Shown here: one piece after another, positions 24,732 through 36,552 of the stretch | How positions within the stretch are numbered: position 1 is the first letter of the stretch | Layout: each line of letters begins with the position of its first letter | Assembly (NCBI RefSeq): GCF_006345805.1 | Contig: NC_043005.1 | Coordinates: forward strand, 29,698,001 to 29,762,000 | Length of the DNA: 64,000 nt | Source of the DNA: Octopus sinensis | Taxonomy: Eukaryota | Reading direction: 5' to 3' | Position numbers and translations under genes: made by a program | Notes under the pieces: generated by a model | Databases searched by the model: none | The model's input: only the letters and a program-made list of their open reading frames with translations | What the model was told of the DNA's origin: nothing

Positions 24732-25607
24732 AAACAATAAATTAAATAGAGAGATGCAATTGACAATCTAATAATTTATTAATATTATAATATGCCATAT
24801 TATACTAAGTATATATTATAATATAATATTATATAAATAATTATTAAAAAACCAAGGAAGCCAACAATTTGTTTCAACTTATATACATTTTATAGTATAT
24901 TAACAATTCAATTCCCTTATATAATCTCATCAGAGCCAATGGTTTGAAGATAAACGAAATTCCGTATGAAAGGACATCTGGATTGTAAAAAAATTAATTC
25001 AAATGCCTATGTATTATGAACATGAACATTAACTATTCAACAACAAATCAATTACAATTAAAAACAACAGAATTATAGCGGGCAAAATAATTAAGTAAGT
25101 AACATCTACAACTATTGAAATATATTTCTATATATCTGAAATAATAGTAATCCAAACTTGTTTATGTTGAAGACAATCTTTTGATATTACAATAACATAC
25201 AACAATAATGTATATGTATATAATCAAGTATCAGGGTCTTAATCTAGAAACAGTAATAAAACGTGTAAAAAAATATAAATGATAATTATATTTTTAATAT
25301 ATCATAGCTCTTCTATTTTTTTAAAGTTACTGATATAAAAAAGAATGTTTAAAGTAACTAATAAAAAATGTTCTTTACTTACTTTGTCTATCTTCAAACC
25401 ATTGGCTCTGATGAGACTTATATGAACAAATTGAATTGTTTATATATCAAAAAATGTATATAAGTTGAAACAAATTGTTGGCTTTTTAAAAATTTTTTAA
25501 TAATTGTTTATGTTATCTTATATTATATTCTTAGTATATTATCTTATATTATAATATAAATGAATTATTAAATTGTCAATTGTATCTCTCTATTTAATTT
25601 ATGGTTT
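24732..25607. repeat. AT-rich fold-back element with ~220-bp inverted arms
   Basis: 24732-24953 is reverse-complementary to 25388-25607 (for example ctcatcagagccaatggtttgaagata and tatcttcaaaccattggctctgatgag). Confidence 0.85.
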
Positions 25608-25709
25608 GTAATTTGAGTTATACCCATATTTATGTGGTATTCAACTGACATACCAGTGATGTGGATGTTTTACACACCATTCTGCAGGAATTCTTTTCCT
25701 TAGTTTGTT

Positions 25710-25749
<40 letters not shown>

Positions 25750-25752
<3 letters not shown>

Positions 25753-26549
25753 GGAGGCCCAAAAGTCAATAGAACATTTCAAAATATAATCCTTTTGTTC
25801 ATTAAATATTCATGTTTATCCTTTTATAAACAAAAAATAAACATTTTCAAAAATATTTTGAATTAGTTTTGAAAATTATGTCCTTTCAAATGGCCATCAT
25901 TTCATTCTTGACAATGGTGAGCTCTTTCTAAAAAGTATTGCATCACTATTTGTAATGTTTCTTGGTTTATTCCTCCAATTTCTTCACCTTAAATTGCTCG
26001 ATGGTCCAAAATTTGTTACACCATATTCTGTCTTTCAGATATCCCTTCAAGAAAAAAGTCTGGAGCCATTAAATCAGGTGAGCATGAAGACCAATTAAAT
26101 TTAGAGTTTTTTGATCTGGGCTGCAGGCATTAATTGTACCCACTAATCAGCTGGCTTCAGTTCCTGCACTAATTGTACTTTATATGGGAATAAATTCAGC
26201 ATCCTTTAAATCCTTGGCAGTGAGCTTCAGAATATGTGCAGCTGCTGGGACTTCCCACATGCGGTAAATCAGTCTCAGCCCCCTGTTGTTCATACTGCTG
26301 GAATAAGTTGAGTATCACTTGTTTAGATGGTGGCTGTCTAACCACAAAATGGCAAATGTTAGCTCTTTACATTCATACAATTGATTGTTGATTTTTGTTG
26401 ATAAAATTTCATTATTTTTACTTGCTGCTCTATTCTGATTATTTTCCAAGAATTACATGTCAATAATCTGAAACAAAAAAAAAATTGAAAAAAATTAATT
26501 AAAATGTTATTATAGTTTAAAATGGTGTAGTGACTTTTGGGCCAGCCTC
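25750..26549 (-). mobile_element. internally deleted Tc1/mariner element (rosa/DD41D-like)
   Basis: Roughly 40-bp TIRs (ggcccaaaagtca.ta..acattt.aaa.tataat) at both ends, TA on the left. Minus frames PYKVQLVQELKPAD and PDFF..GYLKDRIWCNK. Confidence 0.8.
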
Positions 26550-26570
26550 TCTCTCTCTATATATATATAA

Positions 26571-26602
<32 letters not shown>

Positions 26603-26629
26603 TCATAATATGTATATATATATATATTC

Positions 26630-26663
<34 letters not shown>

Positions 26664-26704
26664 TTATATATATATATATTATATATATATATTATATATA
26701 TTAT

Positions 26705-26900
26705 ATAGATCGTTAGCCACTACACACATTTTTTTTCTCTCATTGTTTCTCTCATTGTTTTTTCTGTGTCCCTTTCTTTAGAAGAGCGTAAGCTCGAAAC
26801 ATAAAAGACTTTTTCTATTCCTGAGCATTATACTAATACATCTGTTCATTTTGTACACCACCTGTCTTCGTCTTTTGTTTTTTTCGTAAACTCTCCCTAT
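26705..26900 (+). mobile_element. solo pLTR-like repeat, homologous to 32975-33145
   Basis: tagatc.ttagccactacacac...gaagagcgtaagctcgaaac...ctgagcattatactaataca...actctccctat, flanked by (TA)n. Confidence 0.75.
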
Positions 26901-27063
26901 ATATATTATATATATATATTATATATATTATATATATATATATTAATAATATATTACTATTATTATTAGGAAATCAATATTAGAAAATTCTTCAGAAAGA
27001 TATGTACGTGTGAAAATAATTGTTGTATCAAAAATATAAATATGTATAAAAATATATGTAAAT

Positions 27064-28414
27064 ATGTATAAGTATAAATATCTAACAAATATAACAGTTT
27101 AAAAGTTTTGAATTGAGTATTTAAAGCATCTTACTATAGTTTCACAGAAGTGCTGTCCATATAATGAAATCCTATATTGATAAGCAGTTATAGACAACTC
27201 TTCTGCTCTTCAGAGATATAAAATTTGAATTTTGTATAAATAGAATAAGAACTGCTCATGTAAAAATAAAAAATTATGTCCTTTAAAAGGCAATTGTAGA
27301 AGATTTAATGTAATATACAAATGCAGAGTTACATTAATTGATAATTCACAAAGTAAAATGTATATATACACTGTATATATTATTATATAAACATAAGAAC
27401 TTAATAAATTGTCAATTAGAAGCACTTTCAACATGTAGATATAGGTTTTATAAAACCTTTAAATATTATAGATCTAATAAACATTTAGATTAATAAATAT
27501 ATATAGATATTTCCTTTTTGTGATATCAAATAGATTGATAGATAAATTAATTAGAATTATTTGACTATAAGCAAATTTACAAGACATAAATTATAAATTA
27601 TACATTAAATAAAGATTGAATAGATATTCTTGGAATTAGAACCCGAGTACATCTAATCTATGACAAATAGACAGTTATAATTGCATTAAGTTTAAAAATC
27701 TAAAAATTTTAATTGGCATCTTCCAGTTATAAAAGTAAAAATATAAAAGAAATATTTTGACCAATTTATAATTTGATAACTTCATATATAATTTAAAATA
27801 TAATTTTATTTTATATTATTTAAGTATATGAACTATATCTGGATTACCAGACAGTATAATGGATTTTATACATAAGTATTATGGATTGCTACAGAAGAAT
27901 TACCATATATGAATTTCAAGATTCTTATACTAAAGTATATACAAATTTCACATTTGATATTACTGAAGAGAAGAAGAGTTATTTATAAATGCTTAACAAT
28001 ACAGGATTCCATTATTCTATATAATCTAAGAATATGAACTATATTTGGAATACAAGACAATATAATAGATTTTACATATGAATATTATGGATTATTACAG
28101 AAGACTAACCAAGGAAGTATATATGGATTTAAAGACGCTCATCAAAAGCAGTAATTTTTAATTTTTAATTTATATTTCAAACAAACACATTTTATAGTAT
28201 TACTTCAAATTTAAAAAAAAAACACCATTCAATATATTTTATACAAAATTCAAATTTTATATCTCTGAATAGCAGAAGAGTTGTCTATAAATGCTTATCA
28301 ATATAGGATTTCATAATAGGGACAGCACTTCTGAGAAACAATTGTAAGATGCTTTAAATACTTAATTCAAAACTTTTAAACTGTCATATACATTATATAT
28401 TTATACTTATACAT
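27064..28414. repeat. fold-back element with ~178-bp inverted arms and internal direct repeats
   Basis: 27064-27241 is reverse-complementary to 28238-28414. Internal ~120-bp direct repeats at about 27820 and 28028. Confidence 0.85.
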
Positions 28415-29853
28415 GTCACTATCAGAACTAGAGGAGAAGTTTCAGGTGTGGAATCAAGGATTAGAATCGAAGGGCCTTAGAGTCAACCTAGCTAAAACAG
28501 AAGTCCTAATAAGTAGGAGGGCAGGCAAACCACAAATCCCTTCAGGTAGATGGCCCTGCTCGATCTGTAGAAAAAGTGTAGGTAGAAACTCTATAAGATG
28601 TACCCAGTGTAACCTATGGACACATAAGAGGTGCAGCAATATCAAAGGAAGGCTAACTGGGAGGATAGTTTTTGTATGTGGCAGATGCTCAGGAAAAATA
28701 AACACTGAAAACGTGCAGAGAACAACTTCCGCCACATTCCAGGAAGAAAATCTAGAAGTAGTTGATAGCTTCCATTACCTAGGTGACCAAGTCAATAGTT
28801 GGGGAGGGTGCTCTGAAAGTGTAGCTGCTAGAATAAGAATAGCCTTGGCAACGTTCAGAGAGCTCTTACCTCTGCTGGTGACAAAGGGCCTCTCGCTCAG
28901 AGTAAAAGGTGAACTGTATGATGCATGTATACGAACAGCCATGCTACATGGCAGTGAAACATGGGCCGTGACTGCTGAGGACATGCGTAAGCTCGCAAGG
29001 AATGAAGCCAGTATGCTCCGATGGATGTGTAATGTTAGTGTACATACTTGACAGAGTGTAAGTACCTTGAGAGAAAAGTTGGACTTAGAAGCATCAGATG
29101 TGGTGTGCTAGAGAGTTGACTGCGCTGGTATGGTCATGTGGTGAGAATGGATGAAGATAGCTGTGTGAAAAAGTGGCACACCCTACCGGTTAAGGGAACC
29201 TGTGGAAGAGGTAGACCCAGGAAGACCTGGGATGAAGTAATGAAGCACGACCTTCGAACATTAGGCCTCACTGAGGCAATGGTCAGTGACTGAGACTTTT
29301 GGAAATATGCTGTGCTTGAGAAGACCCGGCAAGACAAGTGCGACCATAACCTTGTGGCCTATGCCAAGGGTGTAACCAGCCCACTTACGTGTACCTTCCT
29401 TTCGTTGGACACTGCTTGTGAAGACCTGTTGAGGCAAGTGAAAGCAGAATCAAATTCAATGACTGGCATCCGTGCTAGTGAAACATTTGAGCATTGGGCC
29501 TTATGGAGGCAAGGTAGCTGAGTTCTTTTCAAGTGTTGGGCCTCACAGAGGCAATGACCAAGACCTTTGGCATTACGTCGTGTTTGAGAAGACCCATCAA
29601 GCTGAGCAAAATTGCAGTCGTGGTAGATACTGGTGTCACGCTAATAGTGCCCATACCAGTGGTATGTAAAAGCACCCATTACACTCTTAGAGCAGTAGGC
29701 ATTAGGAAGGGCATCCAGCCATAGAAAACTATGTCAAATCAGACTGGAGTCTGGTGCAGCTTTACAGTTTGCCAGCCCCACTCAAACCGTCCAACCCATG
29801 CTAGCATGGACAACAGACGTTAAATGATGATGATGATAATGAGGATGATGATA
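28415..29853 (+). mobile_element. 5'-truncated RTE LINE copy (PHD finger, RT C-terminus, 3' UTR)
   Basis: ORF 28413-29051 is closely similar to the 38600-39230 region, including WPCSICRK...THKRCS...CGRC. Ends in (GAT)n at about 29850. Confidence 0.9.
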
Positions 29854-30301
29854 CACACACACACATTTGTCTATGTTTATAATAGATTAATAAGTCTTCA
29901 TTACTTCTTGAATAACACTAAAGCACCCTGAAATTCTAATTGACTTGAGTGCTTCCTGTTTCTTATATTTGGCACCATAAGATGGTAAATCACTCCTCAT
30001 AGTCCTCCTTTCTTCCTTATCCCCCCCTCTCTCTCTGCTTTTGTCATATAACTGTTCTTTCTCTCTCTTTGCTTATCTTATACTCTCTCTCCTTTTTGTT
30101 TGTGTTTCCCTCATTTCTCTCTGCTCATGGTTTGTCCCTCCCTTTCTTCCCCCTCCCTGCATCCCTCATACCCTACCTCACTCTGTTTCTGTTGTATTCA
30201 CTCTTCCTTCTCCTCTCTGCTCTCATAGCCACTTTCTCTCCCTGAAACCTCTCACTACTCATGCTCTCATTCTTTTCTCTTCTCTCATTCCTTGATTATT
30301 G

Positions 30302-30333
<32 letters not shown>

Positions 30334-30862
30334 CTCATTCCCTCTCATTTACTTCTCACTCTCTCCTAATTTATCATAAACTTACTCCCCTCTCCTCTCT
30401 GTTTACTTCTCTTCTTTCCTTCCTTCTCTCTCTGCATCTCCCTTCTCCCTTTCTGTCTCTACCCACCCATTTCTTCTACACCCTTTCATTCACCCTTTCT
30501 CCTCCATCTTCTTCCTAATCATTCTAGTGTTTTTCTCTTTATTTCTTTTCACTTTGTCTACCTCTCGTCCTAACCTCCATTTTCTCCATCTGCTTTCTCT
30601 ACTTACAGTTTTTCAAACACACGTGTTATGAAGTAATCCATATAGATGAAGTGGTTTTTAGTAGCAGTGTTGACTAAATCCAGCATAGTTTTAGATTTAG
30701 AATTTTTATAAAGTATTCCTCTTTTTGTAGTTGATTATTTTCTTCCTTTATTTTGAAAAGTGGGGATATTTTGAATTTTCCATTTGCACAAAAGTCTAGA
30801 TTATCTTGTTATGGGACATTTCTAAAAGATGAATTTTTGACTTGCTGTTTATGAACTCTTAC

Positions 30863-31148
30863 CTGTTGCATATATTTTTATCCTGATTGGCTGATATACT
30901 TCTCATGGCACTCTGGGCATCTACTTTTCCATTGTTGTATGAGTCAGACAAGGGTGTGCCAGAACAGAGTCTTTGATTGATAGATGTTCTTCCAGTCACT
31001 AACTCATACATGTTTCTAATTAAGGTAATAAATTCCCGATCTGCCAAATAACTTACTGGTCGGACATTTTTAAGTGAAAAATCGGAAACAAGCGACACCA
31101 GATGAATATAAGGCTTTTGTTTATAAAGACTACACAACTTGTCAAGAT
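30863..31148 (-). CDS. internal coding exon of an unidentified minus-strand host gene
   Basis: Acceptor gtgtcatttgcag| (AG at 31149-31150) and donor cag|gtaaga (GT at 30861-30862). 286 nt, open in one frame: (D)LDKLCSLYKQKPYIHLVSLVSDFSLKNVRPVSYLADREFITLIRNMYELVTGRTSINQRLCSGTPLSDSYNNGKVDAQSAMRSISANQDKNICN(R). Not repetitive and not TE-like. Confidence 0.6.
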
Positions 31149-31455
31149 CTGCAAATGACACATTGATTACAAATGTATTGTAATCATGAGTGAACATATG
31201 TAAGCAACGATATACATACTCACACAAATATGCTCTCTCTCTCTCTCTTTCTCCCTCTCTCACACACACACACACTTACAGATACATATGTACACATCCA
31301 ATGAACTTTCAGTTTTTGTCTTTCAAATTCACTCACAAGGTTTTGTTTGCCCCAAGGCTATATTACAAGACACTTGTCCTATATGCCATGCAATTGGACC
31401 GAAGCCAAAAGCATATGGTTGAAATTAACACCTAAACACAGCCATGCATGCACCA

Positions 31456-31495
<40 letters not shown>

Positions 31496-31658
31496 GTGTG
31501 TGTGTGCTGAATGACCAAACAATGTCAGTATTAATCTTTTCCTGTTAAAACAAATTACATGGTTCTCCACTGCAAAGTTTTGAGAGATACTTCAATTTAA
31601 TGTTCAGCTGTTTTTTCGTAAAACTCAGCACATAAACATGTACATATAAATATTTATA

Positions 31659-31699
<41 letters not shown>

Positions 31700-32092
31700 A
31701 TGTATGTATGTATGTATGTATGTGTATATATATATATATTATATATATATATATATAGGTTGAAATATGTGGAAAACATAAAAAGTGGAAGAGAAATGCT
31801 TTCATTTCACATAGTTTAATATCTTTTTATAAAGAAATTTTAAAAAAATATATACATATTTTAATATGTATATAAATATATATATATTTACCTGTGTGTG
31901 TATATTTATACATAAATACATACATACATATATATATATACACACACACACACACATTATTTTCATCATCATTATCGTTGTCATGTATATATATATATGT
32001 ATATAGATATATGCATGCGTGTGTGCATATATATATATATGTGTATGTATGTATTTATGCATGTATGTATGCATGTGTGCGTGTGTGTTTGT

Positions 32093-33145
32093 GTGCCCTT
32101 CTCTATACATTGGGCAAACAGGATGCCACTTGACTGACCAGTTCGTGGAACACCTCCAAGACATCAGACTTGGCAATGACACCCTGGTCTTGCGCTATTT
32201 CCACTCTGCTGATTACTCTTTGTAATACCTGTCCGTGTTCAGATTGTCCTTGCACAGGAGCCATCCAGACTCCTGTTTGCCCCGTGAACAGGGATTAATC
32301 TTCTCTCTTTTCTTCTTTGCACCACATGGGTTTAACTCTCCTCCCCTCTTCATCTAACCTCCTCCCCTTGCCTCTCTTCCCTCACACTTACTTCCTCCCA
32401 CCCACCTACCCACCTCTCCTCTCTTGCTCTGATTCCTACTTCTCTTCATTCCTACTCTCCTTCTCTCTTCTCTTCACTCCTACCAACCTTCTTCCCTCTT
32501 CAATGTCACCCCTCCTTCGTAACCCTACCCCCCCCACATTATACCCTCACCTTCCTATCCACCCCACCCCACCCAGTCCTTACACCCACACCCACACCTA
32601 CTTACCCCACCTCCACACCACCCTCAGCCTAACCCACACCCCACCTTTGCTTTACCCACTCTCGCCTCCCCACCTCCCAATACCATCACATCACACCACA
32701 CACCACTACACCTTACACCACCATACCACACAACACATCACATTACAACACACCACCACGCACACACCAGCACTGACCACTTCCCAGCCCCACATTTTCA
32801 CACCTTCACACACACACACACACGTCAAGGTCACCAGCCCTCTTCCACATGCACATACATACTCTCTTATACACACACACACGTGCACCTTCGTTTTGAG
32901 ATCACCATTACTTTCTTAACTCCCCTTCTTCCTAGCTCTCCTGTGTGACCCTTCTGTCAGGCATTCGTCATGATAGATCACTAGCCACTACACATTCTTT
33001 ATTTTCTCTCCTTGTTTCTTTCTGTGGAAGAGCGTAGGCTCGAAACGTAAAAGACTTTTTCACTTCCTGAGCATTATACTAATACATCTGTCTGTTGTCT
33101 ACACCACCTGTCTTCATCTTGTTTTTTTGTGAATTCTTCCCCTAT
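32093..33145 (+). mobile_element. Penelope-like 3' end: GIY-YIG relic, CT-rich spacer, pLTR
   Basis: CPSLYIGQTGCHLTDQFVEHLQDIR...REQGLIFSL...PHGFN (32093-32338). pLTR 32975-33145 carries a hammerhead-like motif. Confidence 0.85.
33017..33054 (+). ncRNA. hammerhead-like motif with non-canonical core
   Basis: TCTTT-CTGTGGA-A-GAGC-gtag-GCTC-GAAA-CG-T-A-AAAGA. Helices I (5 bp), II (4 bp) and palindromic III are intact, but core A6 is T. Confidence 0.5.
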
Positions 33146-34039
33146 ATGTATGCATGTATGTATGTATGTATGTAGGTATGTATGTATGCATTTATGTATG
33201 TATGCATTTATGCATGTATGTATGTATGTGTGTGTATATGTATGTATGCATTTATGCATGTATGTATGTATGTGTGTGTGTATATGTATGATGTATATAT
33301 GTATGTGTGTATGTATTTCTGTATAATAAGGATGCAACATGTTTCAGCTAAATGGTCAGCATGGTAAAAATTATAGTCACGAGCTTCAGAATTTAATTCT
33401 GGTCGACCTTCATTAAATGGCAGCTGATGAAGCCCACAGCTGTGTCTTTTCACTAAGCTGGCCAATTTGCTGAAACATGGTTCAGCTTTGCGATTGATAT
33501 ACATACATGCATACATACACACACATGTTTATATTCATACACACACGCATTCAAACGTTTTCTCTCTCTTTCTCTCTCTCCCTAATTATATGTGCGTGGG
33601 AAGAGAGGGAAAGAGAGGAACAGAAATAGTGAGTTTGTTAAATAGATATTTATGTAAGACAAATAAGTTTTTAGAGAGGGTGGGGGTTATATTTTGAGGT
33701 TGTTGGCAGAGTAGAAACAAGATGCAGAACGCCTCGATATAAGGACTGTTTTCTCTTGGAGCTGCAGGGGCAGGTGTTATTTTGTAATAGTATTTTATAT
33801 TCATATTATAATATATATAATTGTGTCTGGGGAGAGTCATTCTCTTTTAGTGCCTTTTTAATTAACACACTCACTGATTTGATTTCCACTCATTTATTTA
33901 TATTTTGCTTCTAAAATTTTTGTTGCTTCTTGCAACCTTTTCAATGGCCATTGACTCTGTCCATTGTTGGGGTTCGTTTTCTATGCTTGTTTGTTTGCAT
34001 GTGTGTCCGTCAGTATGCATGTGTATACACATATGCATG

Positions 34040-34650
34040 TATTATACAAGGTGCATGAGATATCTGAGGACAGATTTATGTTTATAACAGATAATAACTT
34101 TATTTATCAAAATATGCTATGAGCATAAAAATAAACCTTTTCTATAATGTTATTCAATAAAACCACCTTCAGCTTCAACAACTGCTTCTATATGAGATCT
34201 AAATAATCTACATGCTTGAATCAAGTGGTGCTAGTTCACTTTGGACATTATTCTGACTATGGTAGCTTTCAAAGAATCTATGGTGAAATGGGTGTGTTCA
34301 TTGACCTCTCTCTCAACAACGCTTCACATGTAATAGCCCAATGGATTGAGATCTGGGGAATTAGGAGACCATATGTTAGGGGTTATGTGATCATGAAAAT
34401 TTTCATCCATTCCTGTGTTAGCAGAGCCATTTGTCATAGTGCAGTCTTACCGAAACACATATGGCCTTCCATTGCATACACTGTCTATCCAAGGCTTAAC
34501 AATTATTTCCAGGACCTTAATGTGGGCGGCAGAGTTAACTCTGAGGTCTTGTGGAAAGAAATAAGGAGGCATCACATGTCCTTCATTTCTGACAACCCTT
34601 AAAACCATGACAGTTGCAGGAAATTTTGTATGCATAACACTTGGAATTTC
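34040..34650 (-). mobile_element. maT/DD37D-type transposase 3' relic (second subfamily)
   Basis: TKFPATVMVLRVVRNEGHVMPPYFFPQDLRVNSAAHIKVLEIIVKPWIDSVCNGRPYVFR*D, followed by a decayed SPDLNPL-like motif. Confidence 0.75.
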
Positions 34651-34797
34651 AGAAGCAAGAGACATGCTTGAAGTCCTTTAGGGTGGGAGGAGTGAGGACA
34701 GAGGAGAGGGGAAGGGGAAGAGTATTGTCTAATATTAATATGAAGGAGACAGAGGGAAACCTGTTCCTTCAAATCTTCAAATCACTTTCAGACAGAA

Positions 34798-34875
<78 letters not shown>

Positions 34876-34930
34876 TACATATATATATATATATTATACA
34901 TATATATATATATATATATATACATATATA

Positions 34931-34961
<31 letters not shown>

Positions 34962-34963
34962 AC

Positions 34964-35012
<49 letters not shown>

Positions 35013-35055
35013 ATCATCATCATTGTTTAACATCCGCTTTCCATGTTAAACAATG

Positions 35056-35089
<34 letters not shown>

Positions 35090-35096
35090 GTATGTA

Positions 35097-35804
35097 AAGT
35101 ATATTTGCCACTTAAATGTGGCTCACCACTAAGGGTGGATGCTATTGTAGCTTGTAGCCCCAGGAGAACATCTCCAGCTGGCTATTGACACACTTTCTGT
35201 GCCCTATCAGTATTTGCAAAGGGAAGCCACCCTTCCCATCGTTGACCTGACATGATATGCATGGACCTTGGTTTCTGAGTATTTACCCATCGTCAGCACA
35301 CAACAATCACTGGTCTTTGATGTGAAGGGGTCCCAATGCAAATACATATATCCTTTTTCCAGTGACGAAAAGTCATTGATATAAAAAAAGTGTAAACAAG
35401 GAATAGTAAATCTCTGAACGAGGTATAAACAGTAGCTGCATGACATCATGAAGTATATTTGCCACATAAATGAGGCTAACCACTAAGGGTAGATGCTACT
35501 GTAGCTTGTAGCCCCATGAAAACATCTTCTCCTGCTGGCTATTGACACACTTTCCGTGCCCTCTGAATATTTGCAAACCTGGGTCCGTGCGTATCACGTC
35601 AGGTCAGCGATAGGAAGGGTGGCTTCCCTTTGCAAATACTGATAGAGCACAGAAAGTGTGTCAATAGCCAGCTGGAGATGATGTTCTCCTGGGGCTACAA
35701 GCTACAGTAGCATCCACCCTTAGTGGTTAGCCACATTTAAGTGACAAATGTACTTCACATTGTCATGCAGCTACTGTTTATACTTCGTTCAGAGATTTAT
35801 TATT
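35097..35804. repeat. three-armed fold-back repeat related to the 17056/63404 hairpin element
   Basis: 35402-35577 pairs with 35627-35804, and 35097-35268 pairs with 35582-35757. Shares the motif tagccccagga...ctccagctggcta..gacac. Confidence 0.8.
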
Positions 35805-35819
35805 GCTTATATATATATA

Positions 35820-35870
<51 letters not shown>

Positions 35871-35889
35871 CATACATACATACATACAT

Positions 35890-35941
<52 letters not shown>

Positions 35942-35946
35942 ATACT

Positions 35947-36342
35947 CTAGCAGTATCGCCCGGCGTTGCTCGGGTTTGTAAGGGAAATAACTATATAAGC
36001 ATTTTTAGAGATGTAAAGTATAATAGCCATCTCAATATGGCTAACCACAAAGGGAAGGGTGTTACTGTAGCTTTTTATGTTCTGAGATTTAATAATAAAT
36101 TCTTAGAGAGTTACTTCCCTTATATATGCCAAAAATGCTTTAAAAATGGGAAAAATTGATGGTAAATTTTTTTTAAATCGTAGATTCATCATAGATGCGT
36201 GCTAATACCCAGAAGGGCTCGATATGAATCACAACTATAAGATACCCGGTTTTGGTTAAACTGCACCGCAAAATGTGGGAGTAGTTAGGAATCTAAATCA
36301 TAGGAGACAGACAGCACACAACCTCTCTTTTATATATAAAGA
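35947..36342 (-). mobile_element. non-autonomous Helitron, same family as 4326-4811
   Basis: 5' A|TCTTTATATATAAA, 3' cccgagcaacgccgggcgatactgCTAG. Confidence 0.8.
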
Positions 36343-36552
36343 TATATATATTTATACATATATATACATGCATATATATATACATATATATATATATACA
36401 CATAAATATATATATACATATATATATATATACATATATATATATAGACATACATATATATATATATATATAGATATATACATACATATATATACATATA
36501 TATATATATATACATATATACATATATATATATATACATATATATATATGTA

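Noticed and set aside
33424-33480. CTGATGA-AGC...GCT-GAAAC motif
   Set aside because: U16.1 is missing and there is no helix I partner. CTGATGA at about 25408 likewise has no downstream GAAA.
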